From assembly GCA_004431415.1 (NCBI GenBank), contig QPMI01000549.1:1-64000 (forward strand): a DNA stretch of 64,000 nucleotides, in the 5' to 3' direction. Numbering within the stretch: position 1 is the first letter of the stretch; each line of letters opens with the position of its first letter. The position numbers were made by a program, and so were the translations under genes. Shown here piece by piece: positions 25,206 through 37,800 of this stretch. The stretch is from Cyanophora paradoxa CCMP329. Taxonomy: Eukaryota; Plantae; Glaucophyta. The notes beneath the pieces are model-generated. The model did no database searches and was not told the DNA's origin. It was given only the letters and a program-made list of their open reading frames with translations.

Positions 25206-27700
25206 ATGGCGTTCGTCGCTCCCATCGTGGCCGCGGCCGGCGGCAATGGCGCCTCTATCGCTCAGGCTACCATCTGCCGCAAGCCCGTGCGCTCCCCACC
25301 CCCGTAGCCGCCGTCGCGACCCTAGGTCAATTATCGGCGGAGGCGGTCGCTGGAGAGTCCCAGCGCGGCCGGAAACAGCAAACATTGATAGGCGACTGAC
25401 CTTCCGCCCCCAGGCGCTCTCCCGCGGCTTCGGCGGCGTGAAGGTGCAGGCCCGTCGCGGCTTCTTCGGCAGCGGCGTCGCCGCCGCGGCGGCTCGCAAG
25501 CAGGCCGGGTCGTCCGAGAGCTTCGCTCAGGGGTAGGCAAGCGCCGCGGACGCTCGCCGCGTAGCTGACGGCCCTTCGGCAGCATCCGTATGATCAGCAC
25601 GCCCCAGCAGTCCGTCGCGTCGCCGTCGGTCATCGTGGTGCGTGGCGGTAGCTAGCTGCCGCCTCTGCCGCGGCCGGACGCTGGTTGGCCGATTGGCGTC
25701 GCCGACGGGACGTGCGGCGCAGAAAAATCCGATGACCATGACCGAGAAGATCATGGCTAAGAAGTCGGGCAACTCGCTGGTGAAGCCGGGCGACAACGTG
25801 TGGGTCAACTGCGACGTGCTGATGACGCACGACGTGTGCGGCCCCGGCACCATCGGCAACTTCTACAAGGAGTTCGGGCGGGACGCGAAGGTCTTCGACC
25901 GCGAGGGCGTCGTGCTGATCCCCGACCACTACATCTTCACCGCCGACGAGCGCGCCAACCGCAACGTCGACATCCTGCGCGACTTCGCCAAGGAGCAGAA
26001 CATCAAGTACTTCTACGACATCACCGACCGCTCTGACTTCAAGGCTAACCCCGAGTACAAGGGCGCGCCCCTTCTTTTCGCTTTCCTCCGCTTCCCTCCT
26101 TTCTTTCTCTCTTCCTTTCTGAGCGGCCGGCGCAGGCGTGTGCCACGTCGCGCTGGCGCAGGAGGGCCACTGCCGGCCGGGCGAGGTGCTCCTCGGCACC
26201 GACTCGCACACCTGCAACGCCGGCGCGTTCGGGCAGTTCGCGACGGGCATCGGCAACACGGACGCGTCGTTCGTGATGGGGACGGGCAAGATCCTGCTCA
26301 AGGTCCCCCAGACGATGAAGTTCGTGCTGGACGGCGAGATGCCGCCCCACCTCCTGGCCAAGGACCTCATCCTCCACATCATCGGCGACATCTCCGTCGC
26401 CGGCGCCACCTACCGCACCATGGAGTTCTCGGGCAGCGCCGTCGAGCGCATGACCATGGAGGAGCGCATGACCCTCTGCAACATGGTCATCGAGGCCGGC
26501 GGCAAGAACGGTGTGTCCCTCTCCGTCCTCTCTCTCTTCTCCTCTCCTTCTCACCCCCCCGGCAGGCGTGATCGCGCCGGACCAGACGACGTACGAGTAC
26601 GTGTGCAGCCGCACGGACAAGCCCTTCGAGTCCTTCTACTCGGACGAGGACGCTGGCTACCACAGGCGAGCTCCCGCCCCTGTCATCCTCTTTCCCGCCT
26701 ATCTCTCTTTCAGCGCCCTCCCCTCCCCTCCTCCCCCCTCCACCTTTCCTTTCGTTCCTTCCTTTCTTCCGCCCCGCCTGAGCTCCTCTCGCCGCAGCGT
26801 GCGCCGGTACGACGTGTCGAAGCTGGAGCCCGTGCTCGCCAAGCCCCACAGGCGCGCCGCCCGCCCGCCCGCCCTCCTCCTCGCGCCCCCGCCCTCGCTG
26901 AGCGGCCGCGCAGCCCGGACAACAAGGGCCTCGTGTCGGAGGTCAAGGGCACGCACATCGACCGCGTCTACATCGGCTCCTGCACCGGCGGCAAGGCGCG
27001 CGGCCCCCGCCCCGCCCTCTTCCGTCTCCTCTCCTCCGAGCCGGCAGCTGAGGCCCTCGCAGACCGAGGACTTCTACCACGCCGCCAAGCTCCTCAAGGG
27101 CAACAAGGTCAAGGTCCCGACCTACATCGTCCCCGCCACCCAGAAGGTGCCCCGCCCCCCAGCCTGCGCGAGCCGCGCACCCCCCGTCCGGGCGCGGCGT
27201 CCGAACGGGTATCCCCCGCAGGTCTACTTCGACCTGTTCAAGGTGACCATCGACGGCGAGACCCTCGCCGAGATCTTCGAGAAGGCGAGCCGCGTACCCC
27301 GGAGTCCTCCCCCTGGCCCCCCGCCCCTGCTGACGTACCCCCCGCAGGCGGGCACCATGGACCCGGCGTCGCCGTCGTGCGCGGCGTGCCTGGGCGGCCC
27401 CAAGGACACCTTCGGCCGCATGAACACCCCCGAGGTGCGGGGGGTACACCGTCTCCGGGCCGCGCGGGGGGTGCCGACGCTCCGCGGCGCGCAGGTCTGC
27501 GTCTCGACGACCAACCGCAACTTCCCGGGCCGCATGGGCGAGAAGACCTCCCAGGTGACCCCGTACCCCTCCCGAATCGCCGCCGTACCCCCCCGCCCTC
27601 AGAGCCGCCGTACCCCCCGCAGGTCTACCTCGCGTCGCCGTACACCGCGGCGGCCTCGGCGATCGCCGGCAAGATCGCGGACCCCCGCGACTACATGTGA
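25206..27700 (+). CDS. leuC: 3-isopropylmalate dehydratase large subunit, plastid-targeted; 13 exons
   Basis: Transit peptide MAFVAPIVAAAGGN... followed by aconitase-family motifs MTMTEKI, THDVCGPG, IPDH, GTDSHTC, YIGSCTGGK, SCAACLGG, STTNRNFPGRMG, YLASPYTAAASA. All 12 introns splice in frame to TGA at 27698-27700. Confidence 0.95.
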
Positions 27701-28789
27701 GGCGTACCCCAGGCCCGCGCCCCTTTCTCCTCCCCGCCCCCTCGGCAGGCCCCTCCCCCTGTGTTTAGCTCCCGCAGTGTAGAGCCCAGTGCCCCTTGAC
27801 CCGAGATCTCCTCCTTTTGCGATTGCGAGGGGTAGGGGCTCTTTAGGGGCTACAAGACAGGACAGCGAGAGGCGGTCAGGTGGCCGGGCTGCGGGGCTCC
27901 TCTTTCGAGCCGGGCTGCCAGCGCTAGCGCCTGCACTTCCAAGCAAGTGCAGCGCGCGGCGCGCGGGGCCCGCGACCGGGCAGGGGGACTCGCGCGATCG
28001 GGGGGGGGGGGGGGGGGGGGGGGGGGGCGGGCCACGATCAAAGTCCTGTAAGCCATCCGCAAAGCAGGGTACGGCGATGTTTGCAGGGGTACAGCTTTGC
28101 AGTGACTTCGGGGTACTGTACGCTTAGAAGTCGCCGCCAGAACGGCAGCCAGCGGCGCCGTCGGCGAAGCATAGCGACGCAGAACTTCAGAACAGCAGCC
28201 AGCGGCGCAGTCGGCGACTAAAAAAGGTATGTGCCACCGTCCGCAGTGTCGGCGTCGTTCGCGGTGCCAACTCGGTCATGATCAGCGCCCGCGGCCGCGC
28301 GCCCGGCCCGCCTACAGTGAGCTGGCAAGGAGGTGCACGGTCCGTCGCCTCGCTGGTGGCCGTGTACGCGGCTGGCGTGTTTCGAGTGGTGAAGTTCGCG
28401 GGTACGCGGCTCCGGGCGGCGACTTGCCGCAGTGCAATTGCAATCACTAGCACCTAAAAGCACGTTCCGAGGTGCGCGACGGGGCGCCGACGTGCGACGT
28501 GCGCGACGTCGCGGCGCCAGACGCGACGTGCGCGTGCGTCACGACCTTCGGAACGCACAGAATGGAGCCATTGTGCGTCCGGGTCAAGACGTGGAGTCAA
28601 GTCGACGTTGAGGTCTGTAACGCACGCGCCGGCCGCGCGCCGGCGCGCCGCGATCAGTAGTACTCGTTCTACCGCGAGCCCCGCTCCTTTCCCGCGGCTC
28701 TCTGACGTCGGCGTCGACGGTCGCAGGCTGGAGCCCGGGCGGTACTCAAGTTGACAGGCTGGAGTTCGGCGGACGGCCGATCGCGAGGC

Positions 28790-31700
28790 CATGGCAAGCC
28801 GAAGGGCGTGGAAGACCCAGGAGAGGTGCGCGGCGCTCGCCCCCCCCCCCCCCCCCCCGGCCGCGGGTCATGCTTCGTAAACCCTGCAGCTTACGGGCCG
28901 CTCTCCAGGATATCGAACGAGTGTGGTATATTTACCACTGCCCCCCGCAAGGTCGATGCGCTCGATGTACCAGGTGAGAATTTATATATAAAGATTTATA
29001 TTCTCAGCTCTTATATTAGGCCCGCGCTCTCTTAACATGATCTGGCTGCACGCAGGCCCGATTTCCCGCAATGGGATTGCACATCCCGATGCACGTGCCA
29101 GCAGTGCGTGGAGGCGCTCTCACCGGCTGCCGGGCCGACGGCGCGCTTCTGCGCCGACTTCGGCCACCACCTGGAGGCAATGATCCTCATCAGAACGGAC
29201 GATAACAGCCGGGGCCTCAGCCTCTGCTTGGCCGAGTGGCAGGTTCGTGCACTCCGCGACACTTCCTGTTCACGATCACACCTGGCACGCTGATCTGACA
29301 AGCCATGGCGCGTGTCAGAGCGAGCTTGAAGACTGCGTCGCAAAGCGGGGCACGGAGGGCCTAGCGTCGGTTGCCCTCGCCCTGCGCCTCGCCCGCCACT
29401 CCTACAAACTCGGCTTAAAGCCACATGCCCTAGAGCTCTACCGGGTGCTCTCCCTGACCCCAAAACACCCCGACACTATCGTGATTATCGTGAGTCAACC
29501 CGTGCATACAGCGCTTCCTCGCGCCCCGCCTGTTGGAGAATCTCGAAGAGCGGCGGGACGAGCTCCTTGGCACCGTCTCTTCGGACGCTCTCATCATTCA
29601 CGTGAACCTGTACGCGGCCCTCTGCTTCGATTCCAAGGCCGACACCGACCTCGCCGCTGCCAAGAAGGCGTTTTTGGTTTGCCGACTCTCCGCTGAATCC
29701 ATCATCACTTAATGAGTCACCGCCGATAGAATCACTCGCCGCCGATAGATGGATTTATATAGATTCCGCTGATTAAATCTCTCTGTATTCCAGGCCGGAC
29801 TGGGCATCATTCGGCAGCTGCAGCAAGCGCTTCTTCTGGACGCCAACAATGACTATCGCGAGATACGTATACTGGACTTGCACGCGCGTACGTGTGGTAC
29901 TTTCTGGCGCCTTGCAGCAGTGTCCCTCTGCCTAAAGGAGCGAGAAGAAGCGTGGAAGTACATTCAGGTTCTTACTTAACATTGCTTTCCGTCATGTGAG
30001 CTTATTTTTTATTCACGCACGGCGTGCAGCTAGCGGTGAAGAGCCACCAGGACTCGGACATATACGCGAAGGACGAGCACAGAAGTCAACTTCGGCGGCT
30101 CACGACCTCGAGCTCGCGCTGTTGCTTGTCGGGTAACATCGTCGTGAATCTCGCGGCGCAGTATGACGCTGCAGGCCTTCGAAGCAAAGCGGGAGAGATC
30201 TTTCAGGCGCGTGCGGCCTCAAGGTTAACGTTGTCGATCGCGTATCGACTTGATCGTTTTGCGGATCGCAGCTGAATTTGGAGATCGCGGAGCAGGCGTG
30301 CCAGGAATGCAGCGAGAAAAATGTTCTAGTTGATGCATTGTATTCACTTGGAAGTTATTACTTGGACACGGATGCGAGGGCGGACCGAGCCGAATCATAC
30401 CTGAAGGTTGGCTCAGCTTCATGCAGGAATCTAGCGCGATTGATGCCGCTCATTCTCTCTCACCGTGCAGCGCGCGTTGATCGAAGCAGAGCGAAGGTTT
30501 GAGTACGAAAAATCAATCCAGACGGACCTCGCGGTTATCCTGCACAACCTTGGCATCGCGTGCATGAATAACAGCCGCTTTGGCGAGGCCGCGACATTTC
30601 TCCGTGTACGCTGTTCTGGATTGTTTCCGATGTGTGTGGACACCCCGGCCAATGACGCGATTGCCTGCAGCGTGCCCTTGACATTTATGAAGAATTGTAC
30701 GGGCTGGTGCACAGTACAGTCGAGCACGCCCTGGCTGATTCAAATAGGCTTGTCACCGAGGATCCGCGGAATTATTTCTATAAAGCCTACTACGGCCAGG
30801 CAAGTCGCCAAAAACTCCGAATTCCAATGCGCTCTGCGAGGCTGATCATGATGCATGTATATGCATGATATTCGATGTTCATGTCAGAAACTTCTCGCCT
30901 TCATCCAGCAGGCAGGGAGAATGCCGGAATGCGTCAGCGCAGGCAACATGCCCCTGGCCGACTTTGTCAAAGTGAGTCTGCCCCTCAGGGCCTCAATCCA
31001 TCGCGAATGGGGTTTCGATCAAATTAAATGTTCATGGAATTCGTTCACGCAGGTGGTGGAGCGTGATCTTGCACGCTGTCGCCGGTTGTCTCTCGATCGC
31101 AAGGTCCCACATGACCGACTGCAGCTGTCGAGCAAGCTGGAGGAGCGGAAGCGAGCTCGGGAGGACGCAAAGCGGGTGGAGGCGGAGCGGGAGCGGGCGC
31201 GGCGGGAGGCTGAGCGCGCTGAGCGAGCCGAGCGCAACGCCGCGGATAGGGCATGCACATTTCGCTGCTGTCTCAAATCTACGATGTCGATAGTGCACTG
31301 ACGGCGCGAGCAGGAAGCAGCTCTCAAGAGCATGAACGCGTCCAATTGGGCCCGAGCCCGCCAGATTTTGAGCGCTCTGCTGAAGGTTTGGCCCTTCGCC
31401 TTCATCTTTCGGCGTTGAAGTTTTCTCTCGCCATCGCTGATCGGACTGGACGCACGTGCAAAGCGGTCACCCGATGATGTGGAGGCACGCCTGCTCCGCA
31501 TTGGTGCGCTTCTGTTTCTCTCAGTTAGTTCACGACGCTGCCGGCGCCTCAAACCCCAAGCAGGGTGCATGGCGGGAGCGGGCCAGCTGGAGGCAGCATT
31601 ACGGGAGGCAGAGGCCTGGGAGCGCGAGCTTGTCCCCACGAACTCTATATCTGCGACGGCCGCGGATTTGCTCGCAAAGTAAGCCGCCTGATTGAACCTG

Positions 31701-33279
31701 CCATCTTTGCTTACCGCAGCTGGCGGCGGCAGAGTCCGGCAGGAGCGTCAGAAGGCAGAGGCTGCGCTCCGTGAGCGGCGGGAGGCCGAAGAGAGGGCGG
31801 CGGAGGAGGCCCGCCGCCTCGCGGTCGCCGAGGAGCAGCGGCTCGAGGAGCGGCGCCGGGAGGAGGCGCGGCGCCGGGAGGAGGCGGCGCGGCGGGCGGC
31901 GGAGGAAGATCGGCGGAGGGCGGAGGAGGAGCGGCGTCGCCAGCACGCGGAGCTCGCACAGCGTCTGCGGGAGGTGAGGCTGGAGGCCGCTGACATCAAT
32001 GCAGCGGTGGCTCCGGCGGGCGATTGCGCGGAGCAGCGCCGGCGCCCGTGCACACGTGCCCACCCTCTGCTCAGTCGAGCGCGGCCTCACTCACCCACGC
32101 AGGTCCGAGCCAACAGCCCCACCTGCGGCCACCGCCGACGCACCCCCTTCCGCTCTGGAAGAGGGCGTGCTCGAGTGCGCCATTTGCCTGGAGTCGGCGC
32201 CTGCCGCTGGCGGCCCCTCCGCCGTATCTCTCCCCTGTGGCCGTGCGCCCCGCTCCGTCGGGCCGCCCCTATAATCCACCGCTCGCCGACGTTGACAACA
32301 CGCCGCCGCAGACCGCTTCCACGGGCGGTGCATCGCGACGTGGCGGGCGAGCCCGCTGGGGACCAGCTGCCCGGAGTGCCGCGCCCCTTTCTCCCCTGCG
32401 AGAGCCACTCCTGACCCCGCGCCCCCAGAAGCCCTCCCTGCCGCCCCTGCACCCGCCGCCCCCACAGCCGCGGGCTCCGCCACCGGCGCCCTCGAGCTCG
32501 CTCCTGTCCCAGCGCCGGCGGCACCCGTGCAGGCCGGCCCCGGCCCTCTCCCCATCGAGGAGCTGGCTGGGGAGCTGGATGGGGCGCACCATGCGGCCCC
32601 TTCCATCCCGTCGGCGGCCCCTGTCTCCTCCGCTCCGCCGGCCCCTGCCACTTTCGAATTCGCACCCCCCACCTGGCTCGCCCCTGCCCCTCTCTATCCC
32701 GCCCTCTCGTTCGCCCTACCCCCTCCTTATCCACCCGGCCCCTCCGCCCCGCTGCCGTACCCCCCTCCGCCTCCTGCGTCTGCACCCCTCCCGGAGACGC
32801 CTCCCGGCTACCCCCGGGTGGCTTCCTCGGCGCCGGCTACCCCCGCTTCCGCCCCTCTTCCTCCGGCGGCTTCTCCCGTCGCTCCCGCTCCGCTTGCCGC
32901 GCCTGGCGCGGGGCCACCGGGCTTCCTCTTCCCTCCGACCGTCTCTGCCGGCCTTGCGCCGGCCCCGCCCCTTGCCGCCCTGGCACCGTACCCCTGCCCT
33001 CCCGCAGCCGGTCCCTTCGCCCCGCTGCCGTATCCGCCTGTGCTCCCTGGGTACGCCCCCGCTGCGCGCGAGGGGAGGGCCCTGGGGTTCTTTCCCGCCG
33101 CCGGCCGCCCCCCGCTCGCCCCGTCTTCTGCTCCGACGGCCGCCTCCTCGTCCTCCGCGCCCCGTCCCACGCGCCCCTACCTGCCCCCCGGCGGCCCCCC
33201 GGCCCGCCCCACGCGCCCCTACGACCCCTTCAACCGCGGCGCCGGCGCCGGCCCTTCCCCAGCCTCGCCCCCGGCGTGA
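28790..33279 (+). CDS. TPR / coiled-coil / RING-H2 putative E3 ubiquitin ligase, paralogue A (start uncertain, probably further upstream)
   Basis: Exons WDCTSRCTCQQC..FC; TPR-like VDALYSLGSYY and LAVILHNLGIAC; E/R/A coiled coils; RING-H2 CAIC..CG|HRFHGRC..W..CPEC (32176-32379); Pro-rich tail to TGA at 33279. Confidence 0.8.
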
Positions 33280-34859
33280 TGCTTCCGTAGCCAATTTATA
33301 CGTACTGTTCGATAGCTTCTATTTCGATTTCGAGATCGAATTGGTGGTCGGAATCAATATTGCGCATGCCCACAGCTAGCCTAGTAGAGCTCGAGAGATC
33401 ATCGGATGAATTCGAAGGAGGAGCTCGATCGAGAGTTCGGAGCTCGATCGCGAGGCCAGCAGCAGCGGGTATGCAACTGCAGCGCGGCGCGCGGGGCCGG
33501 GCCGGGCTCAGCGGCTAGCTATAGCTAGAGCGCTCGAACACTGTGACAGGGAATTCGAAGCTCAAAACGGTGGGGGGGGGGGGGGGGGAGGGTATGGGTG
33601 CACTCGGCTCACTGAGTGCGTCGGTCGCACTCACTGAGTACGCAATCCCTCGGTGAGCGAGCTGGATCAGTGCGTCATTCTCAGTGCCTCCTGTTGCCGC
33701 CGGGGCGCCCGGCCACACTCTGCGCGGAGCGAGCTCGAGGTGCGCATCGGCAGCGAGCGCGCGGCCGCCGCGGCCGCGGCCTGCCGCCGACATGGCTGGT
33801 AGCGCCTCGAGATCGATGCAGATCCAGGCCTAGGAGAGAGCGCGCGCCGCTGCGCAATTGCAACCGCAACCACGTGTAACCGGCGATCGTCCACGTCCAC
33901 GAACGAGCGCCGACCACGGCGTCGATCCAGGTGAGCGTTCGGAACCGCCGGCGTGCGCCCCCACGCGCGCCCGGCGTGCGCGGTGCTGCGAGTCGCTAGG
34001 CCGCGCGCGCCGGGCGCCCGCGCGTACGCGTGGCCGGCTTCTGGGGCCGGCCATTCGATTCTCATCATATCAATCGCGCAGGCGTTCCGAAGTTCTGCGC
34101 GGAGGGCGGCACGCCAGACTCATTTCACGGGGCGCCGATCCGGGATCCAGGTGAGCGTTGGCATTCGGATCTAGGCCTAGGCCTGCTACGGCGCGCGCCT
34201 CCGCGCGCGCCCGGCGCGGCGCTGCGCCGCGGCCGCGGCCGCGCGTGCGCGGGATGCCGGGCCGCGGAGTTTTAGGGCCGCGCGTGACAACGGATCACAG
34301 TATCACACGATCGAGCTGCCATACATATGCCGCACCGGCGTCAAGTTCGGGCAGAGACGCAAGAAGCTCACGATGATCAGAAGGTACACGCGCGCTCGCA
34401 GCTTCCCCGGGCGACGGCCCAGCAGCGCTAGCGCTAGCCGGCCAGCTGATCATTGGATCAAACAAGGATTCAGCTGCAGAGGAGGGTCCGAGCGCGAGCA
34501 TCCAGCATAATCAGCTGCAGGCGCCGCCGGCCGCGGCAGCGGCCCCCGCACCTTTCGTCTTCAGCGCTGGTGGCCGCGCTCCCCATGTCCAGGTGCTTTT
34601 TAAGTGTACCCCTTGAACTGAAGTGCTCGTCTGTGCACTCAGATATTAATTCCACCCTTCCGCCGCGGGGCAGAAGGGTCAGCAGCAGCCGCCCCCGGCG
34701 CCGGGTCCTTTCGTATTCAGCTTCGAATTCAGCGAGAGCGCTTTTCAGGAGGTTGTAATTGTGTCCTGCCACCTGATGCTTTACTCTGCAGCTGACGGCG
34801 AGGCTTTCAACCATTCGCGCAGCAGAGCACGCGCACGCTGCCGTGCGGCGGGGGGCAGG

Positions 34860-37800
34860 TGAAAGAGCACGGCGAGGGGCAGGCAGCGCAAGCCCGGGAG
34901 AAGGACGAGGAGGAGCTCGAGGACCGGAGCAGGAGCGCGGGCGGGAGATACGAGGCGGGCGACGAGGCCGAGCTCGAGGCGTGCGGAGAGGGCGAAGGCG
35001 ACGGCGATCGCGAGGGATGTGGTGCACGTGGGCAGGTGCCCGCGGTGCCTTCAGCGTTAACGTCTCCGAGACCGCACCTGGCCTTCGCGCTTCGAATTCC
35101 CCTGACTGTCATTCAAAATGATTTATTTATGCGTATGCCTGGTGCATTGTACAGGAACTGGATACGGATACGGACTGCCGACGCGCTGAGTGCCTCAGGC
35201 CTAGGTGCGTCGAGCGGCCGAGCTCCGTATTGTTTGCAGTATCCAGCTGCTGCAGGCCTAGGGTCCCCGGATCGGCGATGGGGAGGCCTAGCGCTGAGAA
35301 TTCGAACGATTTCCTTCTAGTTCTAGATCTAAACCTGGATATTGTTAAGGTTATGACATCTGATTGCCTTCTCCCTGTCGCGCAGCCAGGAGCCCCACCC
35401 CATCTTGCGGCTGCCACCCCATCAGTCGGCCACGGGGCCGCCGTGTCAGCAGCGGACGCCCCCGGAGCCAGCGCCTCTCGCGCTCGCTTCGAATTCTCAG
35501 GTGCATGCTTATTCTAGCCTGTTAGCCTGTTATCTCTCTGATGGCGAGGATTGTGTGTTCTGCGCATGCACCTGTACATGTGCAGGGCATGCGCACACGC
35601 ACACAGTCCAGTGGCAAGGAGGACCAGGTGGAGGACGAGCACCGTGAGAGCCGGGGTGGGGAGGGCGAGGAGAGCGATGAACTCGAGGAGGACGGCGGCC
35701 CGGGCGAGGGAGATCGCGGGGGCGAGGAGGGGGAGGAAGGAGAGGAAGACGAGCCCTCTGACCCGGAGGAGGGAAGCGAGGGCGACCACGAGGACGACGG
35801 AGAGGTGCCGCGCTTCACTTAAGCCGTGAAGCTTTCCTTTGTCAGGGGAGCGTCTTGACATCGCATTCAGGGATCAGAAATATCTTGCGATTGCGTTGAA
35901 TGCCTCAGGTGCGTCCGACCGTATTTTATTTCTATATATACACTCTGGTCATGATTATGTGGGTTCGTCGACATCCTGCCGCGCATATGCGCAGCCCCGA
36001 GCCCCGGCCCTGGGCCTGCGAGTACCGCTGCACGTGCGAGCAGTGCGAGGAGGCGCGCTCTCCGACGGCTGGCGCGGCGGCCGGCTTTTGCGAGCATTTC
36101 GTGGACTTTTTCGAAGACACGGAGGTGCCCGAATGCGGCACCGCAGATGCTGACAGCTGCAGGGCTCGCTGGCAGGTATGCGTTATAGAATTCTTTCGTT
36201 TCAAATTCAGAGCGTAGACCCATCGTTTTGATCACAATATCCGTGGCCGCAGGACGAGCTGGACGAGTGCGTGGCGAAGCGGGGCGAGCAGGGCCTGGCC
36301 TCGGTCACTTACGCCCTCCGGCTTGCAAACCTCTTCTTTGGGTACGACATGAAGTCGGAAGCACGCGCGCTTTACGAGGTGTGTTGAAGCCTTATTTATA
36401 TATTCAATGTCAATTGGATGCCTTTTCATCTCACGATCAAGCGCAGTGCTTTCTTGCGCCCCGTCTTCTGGATCCGGACGAAAGGAGGCGGGGGGAGCTC
36501 CTCGGCGCCGTCTCACCAGACGCTTTAGAAGAGCACGCGCAGCATTACGGTGTTACGCACTTGGCCGCCGGAGATTTTGCCTCCGCCAAACAAGTGTATC
36601 AGGTGCGACAGCGAGCCAACGTCTCCAATTCGTTCAGAATTATTGTAGAGCACAATTTTAACTTTATATCGAGAATCCTAGGGTCTACGTCGATTAATCT
36701 CGACTTCGTCTGCAGGCTGCGCTCGACATTTCCATGCGGCTTGCGAAGGGCCGATATGCCGCCGACATGCTCGGGATTCTATCTAGAATCTGCTTGATGT
36801 TGAAGGAGCCGGAAAACGCTTGGCGATACCTCCAGGTGCGCCTGCTGCAACTATCGTGTGGATTGTAATTTCGCGCTCTATGTTTCGTTGGCTCAGCCGC
36901 TTCTCTACTATAAATAGCAGCTATATATATCTATCGCACTATCTAAATCTCTACTATTGATATTTAATGCACTCATGTACTCGCAGTTGCACCTACAGAG
37001 CGAATGCAATCCAAGAAGAAACCGCTGCCATGAAGAGAAGTTTCTTATCCACATGAGAAATCTGGCTGAACAATACTTGGACGCGGGCCTCCAGCGCGAG
37101 ATGGAACCAATTTTGAAGGCGCGAAGTTTACTCCAGCTAGTGTTCTGTGAATGTGTCCCTCGACAAAACGCGTACGGTTCTCTTACATGTTATTTACGAT
37201 TGCGTACACGCAGCTGTATCTGGAGAGCGCAGAAGGGGCTTGCGAGACGTGTCTGGAAGCCAATGTCTTTGGCGTGGCGCTAAACGCGGTTGGCGTCCTC
37301 GCCATGAATGCAGGCCTCGGTCTGGATAGATCCGAGTCTTATCTGAAGGTTATATAATTACCGAAAATAGACGCTACGTATATACACAGTCTCGCTGACC
37401 ACTTGCAAAACTATCACAGCGCGCACTCGCCGAAACGAAGAAGAGGCTTGGAGGCGAGACGGGTGAAGCACTAGCAGTCGTCCTGTGCAATCTCGGCGTG
37501 ATGTTTCATGGAACACGACGCTATGCAGAGGCTGCTGATGTTCTTCATGTTTGCGATTTCCGTCCTTGTTTTTCTAGCTGTAGATCCGATTAACATCGCC
37601 GATTAATTAATATTTTGCAATTGCAGCGCGCATGCATCGTGCACGAGGCAACTTTCGGACTGGCTCACGAGGGGATGGAACAAGTCCTGAAGAGTCTCTT
37701 TCTGGCACTCTCCAGAATGCGATTCCAAGATCTTGATCAAATGCAATCGCTGCTCGAGTTTTATTTGCAGGTGGGCTGCTCGTTTTCATGTGCACGTGCG

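Noticed and set aside
28000-28027. Long poly-G/poly-C tracts (also about 2804, 28840, 33573) as telomeric or element ends
   Set aside because: Simple homopolymers with no telomere repeat, TSD or flanking homology.
33156-33246. Resemblance of PRPTRPYLPP to insect proline-rich antimicrobial peptides
   Set aside because: Low-complexity similarity only; there is no signal peptide or processing site, and it is the tail of an apparently cytosolic RING protein.
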